Assembly (NCBI GenBank): GCA_048213135.1
Contig: PS015009.1
Location: 930,001 to 994,000, forward strand
Reading direction: 5' to 3'
Source of the DNA: Reclinomonas americana ATCC 50394
Taxonomy: Eukaryota
Length of the DNA stretch: 64,000 nt
Part shown: in pieces, positions 47,130 through 57,903 of the stretch
Layout: the number at the start of each line of letters is the position of its first letter
Numbering within the stretch: position 1 is the first letter of the stretch
Notes under the pieces: model-generated
What the model was told of the DNA's origin: nothing
The model's database searches: none
The model's input: only the letters and a program-made list of their open reading frames with translations
Translations under genes and position numbers: made by a program

Positions 47130-47618
47130 TCAATGCAAACTGATCACCCTGGTAATTTTCCATCCTTCCGTTGTATGCTGCCACGCGATCACAAACTTAC
47201 CCACCCGTGGCGGCCCCGGATTTTTTTCGGTGCTGTTGGTGAAACTGTGCAGGCCCATTTCAATGGCACCATAATTTTTGATCGGGTATACTTCAATACT
47301 GCCGGGCACCAGGTGGCGGGTTACTTTTCCGCATACATTACGCTGTGTTCCATCTACCACATCCTTTTTAGAGGTACTGAGCCCGCCATTGTCGTGGTAA
47401 AACTCCAGGTTGTCGGAGAAGAAGGCGGCGTATTGCGGCAGGTTCACAGCGCAGGTATTGTACGCATGGAAGAAGATGCTGTCGAGCTTAACAATGGTGT
47501 CGTGCAGTGCCTGGTCGTCGGGATGATACTGGTAAGACTGGCTTTTACGCCCCGCAGAGCAGGCGGTGAATAAGGCGAGCAGGAATACAACAGCCAGGGG
47601 CTGAAGGTTTTTTTTCAT
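47130..47618 (-). CDS. NTF2-like (DUF4440) lipoprotein
   Basis: Lipobox FTAC; LDSIFFHAYNTC, LEFYHDNGG and WKITRVISLH motifs. Start at MKKNLQ. Confidence 0.82.
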   Translation of the reverse strand: MKKNLQPLAVVFLLALFTACSAGRKSQSYQYHPDDQALHDTIVKLDSIFFHAYNTCAVNLPQYAAFFSDNLEFYHDNGGLSTSKKDVVDGTQRNVCGKVTRHLVPGSIEVYPIKNYGAIEMGLHSFTNSTEKNPGPPRVGKFVIAWQHTTEGWKITRVISLH

Positions 47619-47854
47619 GGCGTTTACTTTTATAATCAATAAAGATAGCCATATGTTCTTTCCCTTTGCACAGTTTGTCATGTTACTGTGGCACTCCCGC
47701 CCCACCTGCGTCCATTATTTCCACAACAGGATGCCAATTTGCCGGCGTTAAGGTTATCAATCAATGTCGGAACAGCTATTTCACCTGCGCAAGACAGAAA
47801 ATACTGCCCCTTCTGTTCGTATTAAGGAAACCTTAACAGATGCCTTGAAACGTT

Positions 47855-47869
47855 TGGCACCTCATTTGC
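47855..47869 (+). promoter_or_regulatory. Sigma54 (RpoN) -24/-12 promoter
   Basis: TGGCAC-CTCAT-TTGC matches TGGCAC-N5-TTGC exactly. Confidence 0.75.
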
Positions 47870-47880
47870 GTTTATATAAG

Positions 47881-47960
47881 TACAAACAACGAGTTTTAAA
47901 TTTTCTCATAAGCAGTTAGTTTTGGTAACCGACCCCTGTTTCTACAGGGGTTTTTCTTTT
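47881..47960 (+). ncRNA. Candidate sigma54-dependent small RNA (~80 nt)
   Basis: Lies between the sigma54 promoter and an intrinsic terminator; no ATG-initiated ORF inside. Confidence 0.55.
47932..47960 (+). terminator. Intrinsic terminator of the candidate sRNA
   Basis: ACCCCTGT-TTCT-ACAGGGGT followed by TTTTCTTTT. Confidence 0.8.
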
Positions 47961-47984
47961 ATAGTCATTCCCTTATCCTTTGTT

Positions 47985-48038
47985 GTCATTCCGGCGAAGG
48001 GCCTGTCCCGGTGAGGAACGATACCAGGAAGGAATCTC
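47985..48038 (+). repeat. GTCAT-headed REP-like element
   Basis: GTCATTCCGGCGAAGG...AGGAATCT. Shares CCGGCGAAGG with 20064-20073; related to 57233-57296 and, inverted, to ~15541-15572. Confidence 0.55.
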
Positions 48039-48127
48039 ACTACCAGTATGTATGATATTATAATTCTGGTTAACACAAGGTTAAGCGTTCAAATGGCATT
48101 AACCTGTATTTTACCTTTGCCCGGTAA

Positions 48128-51100
48128 ATGACCACCCAACACCACCCACAGGTATTCCAGGCCAGGAATCGTTTCAGGGCCAGGGGTTTTAAATGGACAG
48201 GCCGCCTCCTGCTGGTTATCTTCCTGTTCCTGCTCGCCGTACTGGTAATCGCCATTGCTAATGGCAGCAAACCCAATCTTCCCAATATATCCAGCAAGGC
48301 AGGCGCTTACCAGGATAAACTGGACCCTTCCAATAAACTCACACTTACTTCCCCGCTCAATAAAAAATACAAAGGCTTTAAAGATTTTCTCTATAAAAAA
48401 CTGCGGGAAGACTCCGCCAGGAAGAAAGCGCTGGCTATCAACACCTCTTTAATAAGGGGCGCTTTTTATACCCCCTGGACGGCGGGTGCTTTGCAGGACC
48501 TGCAGCGTCACGCCGCCCGGCTGAACACCATCTACCCTGAATGGTTTTTTATTGACACGCTCACCCACGGCTTACAGACCCGTATCGACAGTGCCGGACT
48601 GGCCATCATGAAACAGCAGCACCTGAGCATTCAGCCCATCCTCAATAATTTCCGGTCGGCCACCACCAGCCAGGGCCGCGGTTTTTTTGACAGTCAATTG
48701 CTGCACGAGATACTCAGCAATGCGGACAAAAGGAAAAAACTCATTGGGCAGATTGCCGATACGCTTACGCATTACGGTCTGCAGGGGCTTAACGTGGACT
48801 TTGAAGAGATCAGGGAAAAAAGCAATGAACCGCTCTCCCGGTTCCAGCAGGAACTGTACACCGCGTTACACGCCAGGGGTTTTGTAGTAAGTATGGATGT
48901 GCAGGCGATGAATGATGATTACGATTTTAAAACACTGGCAGCATACAATGATCACCTTATCCTGATGGCCTATGACCAGTACAGCGACAACACAGGCCCT
49001 GGCCCTATCAGCGCGCAGAAATGGATTGAAGCGCAACTGGACTGGCTGGACGACAGGGTAGTTACTTCCAAGATCATCCTTGGCCTGGCCGGTTATGGCC
49101 GCGATTGGTGGGAAGACGATGAAGGCAAACACGTGGATGACATCAGTTATTACGACGCCATTAATATGGCCAAGATCGCCGGAGCTTCTATCAATTTCGA
49201 CAACGACAGTTATAACCTCAGTTACAGCTATACCCAGCCCGCAATGTCGGGCAATGCTGCATCGCACCATACCGTATGGTTTACAGATGCTGCTACGCTT
49301 TTCAATATCATGCGTTTCAGCGATGACTATGCTACTGCCGGTACCGCGCTCTGGCACCTGGGCGGCGAAGATCCCCGCATATGGAAGTTTTATGGCAGGG
49401 ACATATCAACCCCCAGTCTCAGGAACCAGCCTTTTGACTTCAGCACGCTCAGCACCATCCCCTACGATTACACCAGTAAACCCACAGCTACCGGTGAAGG
49501 TGAACTGCTGACCGTACTGTATACGCCTGAAAAAGGGCATATCGATATCGAGACCGATAATACCGAAATGCTCATTTCCGAACAGCGGTATACACAGCTG
49601 CCATCGGGTTATGTGTACCAGAAATTCGCCGAGGACAAAACACCCATGGGGCCGGGCCACAAGATCATCCTTACGTTCGATGATGGCCCCGATGCTACTT
49701 ATACGCCCCGCATACTCGATATCCTCGAAAAAGAAAAAGTGCCCGCCACCTTTTTTGTGGTAGGCATCAACGCGGAAAGGAATATCCCCCTGCTGCAACG
49801 TATTTATAAAGACGGTTACGAGATCGGCAATCATACGTTCACGCACAACAACATCGCCCGCATGAGTGCCGAAAGGGCCGAACTGGAGATGAAGACCACC
49901 CGGCTGCTGATTGAATGTGTAACCGGTCACTCCACTATATTATTCCGGGCGCCATACAATGCGGATAGTGAACCACAGACCTACGAAGAGATAGAACCCA
50001 TTGCCCGCAGCAAAAAGGACAATTATATTACTGTTGGTGAAAGCATCGATCCGAACGACTGGGATCCGAAGATGAATGCCGACAGTATTGTGAACCGTAC
50101 CATCCGCTATGCAGAGGCCAACGACGCCAATGTGATTCTCCTGCACGACGCCGGCGGTCTCACCCGCGAACCCACCGTGGAAGCCCTGCCCAGGATCATC
50201 GACTATTTTAAAAAGAGAGGATGCCAGTTCACCACCGTGGCTGACCTTATGGGCAAAAGCAAAGAAGAGGTGATGCCCAAAATAAAAAGCAGCTGGATCA
50301 ACTCCCTCAACTTCTTTTTCGCTGAAGCCACTTACTGGAGCGGTCACATCCTGTTCGCCCTGTTCATTATCGGGATCGGTCTTTCTGTAGGCCGCATCCT
50401 TGTTATGGCTGTACTTGCTTCCATACAAAAGAGAAGAGAACAAAAAGAAATGAAGGCTTTACCGGCGGCCGCCTCTTTTCCTGCCGTATCCATACTGGTG
50501 CCCGCTTATAACGAAGAGCTTAATGCCGTTCGTACGGTGGAAAGCCTGCTGCAACAGGACTACCCCAACCTGCGCATTGTATTTGTTGACGATGGAAGTA
50601 AAGACAACACCTTCAAAAAAGTAAGCGCCGCTTTTGAGCACGACTCCCGGGTACAGGTATACACCAAACCCAATGGCGGCAAGGCCTCGGCACTCAACTA
50701 TGGCATTGGTATTGCCACCACCGACTACCTGGTATGTATAGACGCCGATACACAACTGAAGAAAGACGCGGTATCCGAACTCATGCGCAAGTTTGACGAC
50801 AAGGACAAGCGGGGTGAAATTGCCGCCGTAGCCGGTAATGTGAAAGTGGGCAACGAGGTCAATATGATCACCCGCTGGCAGAGCATCGAATACATCACTT
50901 CGCAGAACTTCGANNNNNNNNNNNNNNNNNNNNNNNNNNNNNNNNNNNNNNNNNNNNNNNNNNNNNNNNNNNNNNNNNNNNNNNNNNNNNNNNNNNNNNN
51001 NNNNNNNNNNNNNNNNNNNNNNNNNNNNNNNNNNNNNNNNNNNNNNNNNNNNNNNNNNNNNNNNNNNNNNNNNNNNNNNNNNNNNNNNNNNNNNNNNNNN

Positions 51101-52422
51101 NNNNNNNNNNNNNNNNNNNNNNNNNNNNNNNNNNNNNNNNNNNNNNNNNNNNNNNNNNNNNNNNNNNNNNNNNNNNNNNNNNNNNNNNNNNNNNNNNNNN
51201 NNNNNNNNNNNNNNNNNNNNNNNNNNNNNNNNNNNNNNNNNNNNNNNNNNNNNNNNNNNNNNNNNNNNNNNNNNNNNNNNNNNNNNNNNNNNNNNNNNNN
51301 NNNNNNNNNNNNNNNNNNNNNNNNNNNNNNNNNNNNNNNNNNNNNNNNNNNNNNNNNNNNNNNNNNNNNNNNNNNNNNNNNNNNNNNNNNNNNNNNNNNN
51401 NNNNNNNNNNNNNNNNNNNNNNNNNNNNNNNNNNNNNNNNNNNNNNNNNNNNNNNNNNNNNNNNNNNNNNNNNNNNNNNNNNNNNNNNNNNNNNNNNNNN
51501 NNNNNNNNNNNNNNNNNNNNNNNNNNNNNNNNNNNNNNNNNNNNNNNNNNNNNNNNNNNNNNNNNNNNNNNNNNNNNNNNNNNNNNNNNNNNNNNNNNNN
51601 NNNNNNNNNNNNNNNNNNNNNNNNNNNNNNNNNNNNNNNNNNNNNNNNNNNNNNNNNNNNNNNNNNNNNNNNNNNNNNNNNNNNNNNNNNNNNNNNNNNN
51701 NNNNNNNNNNNNNNNNNNNNNNNNNNNNNNNNNNNNNCCGCAGGGCCTTCGACCTGCTCAATTGTATTACCGTGGTACCCGGCGCCATAGGGGCCTTCAG
51801 AAAAGACGCCGTATTGCTGTCGGGCGGTTTTACCACCGACACGCTAGCCGAAGACTGTGACCTTACCATGCGCCTGCACAAGAACGGTTACGTGATCCGC
51901 AATTGCAGCACCGCTATTTCTTATACTGAGGCGCCAGAAACCATGAAACAGTTCATGAAACAACGGTTCCGCTGGAGTTTTGGCATTATGCAGAGTTTCT
52001 GGAAACACCGCGACGCTATGTTCAATCCCCGGTATAAAAATTTCGGGATGGTGGCCATGCCCAATATTCTTATCTTCCAGATGATACTGCCTTTCCTGGC
52101 GCCGCTGGCCGACCTGATCCTGGTTCTGAGCCTTATAGCCGCCGGGCTGAACATCATTCCCGCCAGCATCGGGCATATTCTCCTGTATTATTTTATTTTC
52201 ACCCTGGTGGATATGGCCGGTGCGGCACTGGCCTTCGCGTTTGAAAAAGAAAAACCAGTCAAACTGCTGTGGATGATACCCCAGCGCCTCATTTACCGCC
52301 AGCTCATGTATTATATCCTTTTTAAATCATTCAGTAAGGCCATTAAGGGAGAAATACAGGGATGGGGGGTGTTGAAAAGAACGGGTAATGTAAAAACCGT
52401 TGCCGGCACTCCTGCTTCCTGA
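48128..52422 (+). CDS. Trifunctional GH18-like / polysaccharide deacetylase (NodB) / GT2 glycosyltransferase (PgaC/IcaA-like), spanning an assembly gap
   Basis: GLNVDFEE (GH18 DxE), LTFDDGP + HTFTH + LLHD (CE4), VPAYNEE/DDGS/DADT/AEDCD/QRFRW (GT2). The gap flanks join as QNFD|RRAFD. TACCTTTG promoter box at 48112-48119. Confidence 0.9.
50914..51737. other. Scaffold gap (824 N)
   Basis: Run of N. Confidence 0.99.
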
Positions 52423-52707
52423 CCCGTATGTACTTCCCTCAAAAGATCCTGGTTTCTGTCATCTTTGTACACGTTTCCCCTTTTCGGGGTAACAATTATG
52501 ATCCATTTTATTAGATTTGGACAGCATAATTCCGTACCTGTTCATCTGCAGCCGCTACCCGGTTAAGATCACTGCGATTGCCTGCATTCAATCTCCTGTG
52601 CGTCAGCACCAGCTTCCCGGATAACCAGGTCATGGAGTTAATTTTCTTCATGAGGTTTAAAACAAATCTTATAAGGATCCTCGTAAAATCTTTGTAAGTA
52701 CTTCTCT

Positions 52708-53763
52708 ATGAAATCAACATTTATCTGTTCCCTTCTTGTACTGGCCCTGCTCCTCGGTTTTACTGAACAAACGCAGGCCGGGCACAATGAAAGCAAAAGA
52801 AACGGCTGCTGGTTCCTCAACAAGCGGTTTAAGATCGACGCCCACGTTACGCTGGGTTTTCTGACACCATTGTGCATCAGGCGTGGCGGCGACTGCGATT
52901 TTTTAGAAGGCAGCTGTAACAATTTCGGTTCCTGCAACGCTTACTCCTGGTCAAAAGCAGGCTGGGGATTTGTTGGCGGCGGTCACCGTTCCTGTGGTAT
53001 TTATCATGCCGGTATTACCCCTGCGCTCATTCCGCAGCTGTACAGCAATATACCCTGGGGAGATGAGGCAGAGCACAGCGAAAGCAATGCCGTTGACCCG
53101 CAGTTTGAAAAAAACCTGGTACTGCTTAACAGGCTGTCCATCACCCTCGCCTCCTCTGCCAATTCCGATTGGGTAAATGAGTACCGCGTTACCGTGTGGG
53201 CCCCTGAAGACGATGAAGAAGCAGGTATAGAGGACGATGAGATCACCGCCGAAAAAACGATCGCCAGTTCCAGGATCTATATTAAGAACGGTGAAGTTGT
53301 GGTAACAGGTGGCATTCTCACCAAAGATGATTTCGAAATAAAAAGGTCCGGCGATATAGTTACCGTTACCTATAAAGGCGGAGATAAAAAGGTGAGTATT
53401 CCTGAATCATATGATGGTAAAGTGCTGGCGGTTACAACCGGCGGCGATGCCCAGCCCGATTTTGAGGGCCTGGTAAGCAAAAAGGCAGATGAATTATCCA
53501 CTTCCCCGCTTGCTGTTAAAACTACTGTTTATCCTAACCCGTCTGAAAACAGCATCATGCTGACCCTTGTTACTGAAAAAGAGCAGAAGATGAAATATAC
53601 GGTTTATGATGCCATGGGTAAACTGGTGATTCCCGGCGGCGAAGAAAAGGTGAAAGGCACAAAAGTGGTGACCATCGACATCAGCAAATTGTCAAAAGGC
53701 AGTTACTACGTACTGGTCAGCGACGGCAGGCAAAAAACGTTGAAAAAGTTCATTAAGCAATAG
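52708..53763 (+). CDS. T9SS (type A CTD) secreted protein with a Cys-rich N-terminal domain
   Basis: Signal peptide; C-terminal VYPNPSEN...YDAMGK...LSKGSYYV...KKFIK. Confidence 0.85.
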   Translation: MKSTFICSLLVLALLLGFTEQTQAGHNESKRNGCWFLNKRFKIDAHVTLGFLTPLCIRRGGDCDFLEGSCNNFGSCNAYSWSKAGWGFVGGGHRSCGIYHAGITPALIPQLYSNIPWGDEAEHSESNAVDPQFEKNLVLLNRLSITLASSANSDWVNEYRVTVWAPEDDEEAGIEDDEITAEKTIASSRIYIKNGEVVVTGGILTKDDFEIKRSGDIVTVTYKGGDKKVSIPESYDGKVLAVTTGGDAQPDFEGLVSKKADELSTSPLAVKTTVYPNPSENSIMLTLVTEKEQKMKYTVYDAMGKLVIPGGEEKVKGTKVVTIDISKLSKGSYYVLVSDGRQKTLKKFIKQ

Positions 53764-53792
53764 ATATTCCGCATATCTGACCGGGTAACAGG

Positions 53793-53828
53793 GAGGGCAC
53801 TTCAGCAAAGAGTGCCCTCTTCTTTTTA
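53793..53828 (+). terminator. Intrinsic terminator
   Basis: GAGGGCACT...AGTGCCCTC plus a T-rich tail. Confidence 0.7.
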
Positions 53829-53911
53829 TTGACCAGTCATTAACAGAACTTCTTGTTTCCTCTTCTGCCCATTTAACGGCGATACTTTACCTTTGCCAAC
53901 CAACAGCAAAA

Positions 53912-54805
53912 GTGGCAACACCGGCACCAGATAAAAAACTTTCCATCATTGGCAAGCTCCGCAAAGGGCGGGAAGCCGCTGTGCCTGAAGGCGAGATGAC
54001 CTTCATGGATCATATCGACGTACTGCGCTGGCACCTCATGCGCTCCGTGATCGCCTGGCTGGTGGCCGCCATCACCATTTTTGTTTTCGTAGACTGGATA
54101 TATGACAATATTATACTGGCCCCTTCCAGCGAAAATTTTGTCACCTACAGTGCTTTGTGCAGGTTCAGTCACTGGCTGGGCATCGGCGACAGTTTATGTA
54201 TGCCGCCCGTGAAGATCAACTTCCTGGTTACCGAAGTGAACGGCACTTTTACATCCGCACTTAATATTGCCATGATCGGAGGTGTTATCGTCGCCTTCCC
54301 TTATATATTCTGGGAGTTGTGGCGTTTCATCAAGCCCGCCTTGTCGGCCAAAGAAAGAAGGTATGCCCGTGGCAGCATCTTCTGGGTATCGCTGTGTTTT
54401 TTTTCCGGCGTGGCTTTCGGCTATTACCTGCTGGCGCCCTTTACCTTTAATTTCCTGGCCACATTTACTTTGGGCAAGTCTGGCGCCATTAAATACAGCC
54501 CCAGCATCAACGATTATGTAGATACCCTCAGCAACCTGCTGCTGGGCTGCGGCATCGCGTTTGAACTGCCCATACTGGCTTTTGTTCTGGCCAAGATCGG
54601 CATCATTTCCTCCGCCTTCCTGAAAAAGACCAGGAAGTACGCCTTCGTCATCATACTCATTGTTGCCGCCATCATCACCCCTTCCCCCGACTGGACCAGC
54701 CAGACCCTGGTGGCCATACCCCTGCTGCTGCTGTACTGGATCAGCGAATTCCTCGTAAGCCGGGTAGATAAGAAAAGGGCTAAGGAAGAAAAAGAGTGGA
54801 GCTAA
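53912..54805 (+). CDS. tatC: Twin-arginine translocase subunit TatC
   Basis: EMTFMDHIDVLR, WRFIKPAL, FELP and AIITPSPD motifs; TACCTTTG at 53888-53895. Confidence 0.93.
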   Translation: MATPAPDKKLSIIGKLRKGREAAVPEGEMTFMDHIDVLRWHLMRSVIAWLVAAITIFVFVDWIYDNIILAPSSENFVTYSALCRFSHWLGIGDSLCMPPVKINFLVTEVNGTFTSALNIAMIGGVIVAFPYIFWELWRFIKPALSAKERRYARGSIFWVSLCFFSGVAFGYYLLAPFTFNFLATFTLGKSGAIKYSPSINDYVDTLSNLLLGCGIAFELPILAFVLAKIGIISSAFLKKTRKYAFVIILIVAAIITPSPDWTSQTLVAIPLLLLYWISEFLVSRVDKKRAKEEKEWS

Positions 54806-54950
54806 AAATTAATGAAGGAATGTTTAAGTTCCTAATTCACTTTCATTCACAAAAGAGAGCAACGAAAACTCGTTATAATTTCTTCATTCCTTAATTCCTT
54901 CCTTCTTTCATTTAACTATTATCGCTAATTTGCATCGAAATCACACCAAC

Positions 54951-55400
54951 ATGCCTGTCTTTAATTTACAACTCCCCGTAGCCGTCGGCAGCGATCATGC
55001 CGGTTTCGATTGCAAGGAAGACCTGATATCCTACCTGGAGGCCAAGAATATTGTTTATAAAGACTTTGGTACCCACAGTAAGGATTCCGTTGATTACCCC
55101 GACTTTGCGCATCCCGTGGCGCTTGCGGTAGAGAACGGGGAAGCCGCCTTTGGCATCCTGCTCTGCGGAAGTGCCAATGGTGTGGCCATTACAGCCAATA
55201 AGCACCATGGCATTCGTGCCGCTATTTGCTGGGGTGAGGAACTGGCCGAACTGGCCCGCAAACACAACGACGCCAACATTATTTGCATACCCGCCCGCTT
55301 TGTACGCGACGGCGATGCAGAAAAGATGGTCGACATTTTCATGAACACCGAATTTGAAGGCGGCCGTCACCTCAACCGCGTGAAAAAGATCGACTGCTGA
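54951..55400 (+). CDS. rpiB: Ribose-5-phosphate isomerase B
   Basis: GSDHAG, VDYPD, CGSANG, HNDAN and FEGGRH motifs. Confidence 0.95.
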   Translation: MPVFNLQLPVAVGSDHAGFDCKEDLISYLEAKNIVYKDFGTHSKDSVDYPDFAHPVALAVENGEAAFGILLCGSANGVAITANKHHGIRAAICWGEELAELARKHNDANIICIPARFVRDGDAEKMVDIFMNTEFEGGRHLNRVKKIDC

Positions 55401-55537
55401 TATCGACCCAGGTAACCGCTTATCAAAATTCAACGGGGCACTGCCCCCTTTTGCTTAATTTCCCGTTATTATCAACCCGCCAGTAAAGCCCCCGCAAGGG
55501 CATGGCTTTTGCTTTATTCAACAACAAAAAAACACCA

Positions 55538-57118
55538 ATGAGAAAGATCGCTCTCTTTACGGGCCTGCTGTTCAGCGCCGCCACCGCTATGGCCCAGGCC
55601 GACGATGCCTCCCGCTATGCGGCTACCATTACCGGGGCCGAACTGCAGAAAAAACTCACCATCATCGCCAGTGATGAAATGGAAGGCCGCGAAACAGGCA
55701 CCGAAGGCCAGCGTAAAGCCGCGGCTTATATCGAATCGCAATTCAAGGCCATGGGCCTGGTATCACCTGCCGCACTCAAAGGCTACCAGCAATTGTACCC
55801 GCTGCACCAGGACAGTCTTCTCAGCACCGAACTCACCGTAAAAGGCACCGCTGCTGAATATGGTAAAGACTATATCATCAACATCAACCAGAACGAAAAT
55901 GGCAGCTTCAACGGAAGCTCACTCCTGTTTGTAGGTTATGGTATCGATGACCCGGCTTACAGCGATTATGGTAACATCAACGTAAAAGGTAAGATAGTGG
56001 TGTTCTTCACCGGCGAGCCCAAAAAGGATGGTAAATACTTTATCAACCCCAATGGCCGCGGTTCTGAATGGACATTCCCGGGCACCAGTAAAAAACTGGC
56101 CATTGCCGCAGCCAAAGGCGCCGTAGGAGCACTGGTGATTAACTCGCTGCAGGAAACATTCAGCCAGCGTATGATCGACGGTTCTAAAAAAACCGGTGTA
56201 TACTATCCCCGTAAAGACGACGGCACCAAACGTATCAACTACGCCACCCTGTCACACGCCTTTGCCCGCACCATTGTAAATGATTTTGATACCCTGCTCA
56301 AACAGGCAAAAGTAAATATGGTACTGCCGCAGGCAAAACCTACCGATGAAAAGACCAAAGTAGCGTTCAGCATAAAAAAATACCGCAACGTGATCAACGC
56401 CAGCAACGTACTCGGACTGGTGGAAGGATCGGATAAAAAAGACGAATACGTTTTTGTTACCGGTCACTACGATCACCTGGGCAAACACGATGGCAAAATT
56501 TATTATGGCGCCGATGACGATGGCAGCGGTACCGTAGCTGTTATGCAGATGGCCGCCGCGTTCGCCAAAGCCAAGGCGGAAGGCAAAGGCCCCCGCAGGA
56601 CCATGGTATTCATGACCGTAAGCGGCGAAGAAAAAGGACTGTGGGGAAGTGAGTACTACAGCGACAATCCTGTTTATTCTCTCGAAAAAACATCTGTTGA
56701 CCTCAACATCGACATGGTGGGCCGCCTGGATACCGAAAGGATGACAGCCGACTCCCTCAACTATGTATACGTGGTAGGCCACGATAAGATCAGCAGCGAA
56801 CTGCCCGTTATCAACGAAGGTATGAACAACAAATACACGCAGCTGGTGCTCGATTATAAATTCGATGATCCCAACGATCCCAACCGCATCTATTTCCGCA
56901 GCGATCACTACAACTTTGCCCGCAAAGGCGTTCCCGTACTGTTCTTTTATGACGGTATGCTGAAAGCCGATTACCATAAACCAACCGATACCGTGGACAA
57001 GATCAACTGGGACCTTTATGAAAAAAGGGTACGCATGATCTTCCATACCGCGTGGGAAATGGCCAACAGGAATAATATGCTCACCAGGGACAAACCCCTG
57101 CCTACCGCAACCCGCTAA
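55538..57118 (+). CDS. M28-family aminopeptidase with a PA domain
   Basis: GHYDHLG, GADDDGSG, GEEKGLWGS, RSDH and DYHKPTD motifs; signal peptide MRKIAL. Confidence 0.92.
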   Translation: MRKIALFTGLLFSAATAMAQADDASRYAATITGAELQKKLTIIASDEMEGRETGTEGQRKAAAYIESQFKAMGLVSPAALKGYQQLYPLHQDSLLSTELTVKGTAAEYGKDYIININQNENGSFNGSSLLFVGYGIDDPAYSDYGNINVKGKIVVFFTGEPKKDGKYFINPNGRGSEWTFPGTSKKLAIAAAKGAVGALVINSLQETFSQRMIDGSKKTGVYYPRKDDGTKRINYATLSHAFARTIVNDFDTLLKQAKVNMVLPQAKPTDEKTKVAFSIKKYRNVINASNVLGLVEGSDKKDEYVFVTGHYDHLGKHDGKIYYGADDDGSGTVAVMQMAAAFAKAKAEGKGPRRTMVFMTVSGEEKGLWGSEYYSDNPVYSLEKTSVDLNIDMVGRLDTERMTADSLNYVYVVGHDKISSELPVINEGMNNKYTQLVLDYKFDDPNDPNRIYFRSDHYNFARKGVPVLFFYDGMLKADYHKPTDTVDKINWDLYEKRVRMIFHTAWEMANRNNMLTRDKPLPTATR

Positions 57119-57157
57119 GGAACTGCGGAAACCATTCGCAAACAAGCATTGATGAAT

Positions 57158-57189
57158 AAAGGGCGCCGTCGAAAGATGGCGTCTTTTTT
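57158..57189 (+). terminator. Intrinsic terminator
   Basis: AAAGGGCGCCGTC-GAAA-GATGGCGTCTTT followed by a T-run. Confidence 0.75.
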
Positions 57190-57232
57190 ATTGCTTCCCG
57201 CAAAGGCACGAAGCCGGTTTATAACTTAGATT

Positions 57233-57296
57233 GTCATGCTGAGGAAACGAAACATCTATTGGTTATGCAGAGAGATTCCTCGTACCTCGGTATGAC
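57233..57296. repeat. REPIN-like inverted pair of GTCAT-headed REP elements
   Basis: Left arm GTCATGCTGAGGAAACGAAACATCT; the right arm's reverse complement is GTCATACCGAGGTACGAGGAATCT. Confidence 0.65.
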
Positions 57297-57381
57297 CGAC
57301 TCCGTAAAACTGGTGCACTGCCTTCTTATTACACATTTGCGCATTCCCCCAATTTTCCTTTTCTTTATTAAAAATCGCCTG

Positions 57382-57858
57382 ATGGAAAATACATCGCCAA
57401 CACCCGAACAAGACAACACCGCCGATTCCATTGCCGGCTACCACGACCAGATCAAACAAATACACACCGAAGGCATGGAGCAGGGTGTAAAAAAAGCCAG
57501 GAACGCCTTGTTTTTTATCGCAGGTATCCTCCTCATCTGGGAACTCATCAGGTATGCAGCCGGTGGAGATTCAGATGAGTATTCACTTGCCTTTACCGGT
57601 GTCATTGTTCTTATTTATGTCCTGCTGGGCTTATGGACCAAAAAGAAACCGTACACCGCCATCATCCTGGGCCTTGTTGTTTTCCTGCTTACCTGGGGTC
57701 TTTCCGTATTTTCGTATGCTATTGTATATGGCGCTACTGGTATAGCCAAAGCTCTGTTTGGCGGCATTTTTATCCGCATTGCCGTTCTGGTGATCCTGTT
57801 GCGGTCGCTCAGCAATGCCAAAGAGTTGCAGCAACTCAAAAACGAACAAAGTCTCTAA
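57382..57858 (+). CDS. Hypothetical membrane protein (4 TM)
   Basis: Start MENTSP at 57382; four hydrophobic segments. Confidence 0.75.
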   Translation: MENTSPTPEQDNTADSIAGYHDQIKQIHTEGMEQGVKKARNALFFIAGILLIWELIRYAAGGDSDEYSLAFTGVIVLIYVLLGLWTKKKPYTAIILGLVVFLLTWGLSVFSYAIVYGATGIAKALFGGIFIRIAVLVILLRSLSNAKELQQLKNEQSL

Positions 57859-57873
57859 CCAAAAACACCCAAT

Positions 57874-57903
57874 AAAAAAGCGAGTCCTTAAAGACTCGCT
57901 TTC
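57874..57903. terminator. Bidirectional terminator
   Basis: AAAAGCGAGTC-N6-GACTCGCTTT between convergent genes. Confidence 0.8.

Noticed and set aside
51772-52422. Separate 216-aa glycosyltransferase gene
   Set aside because: It is the C-terminal part of the 48128 gene; the frame offset is caused by the N-run length.
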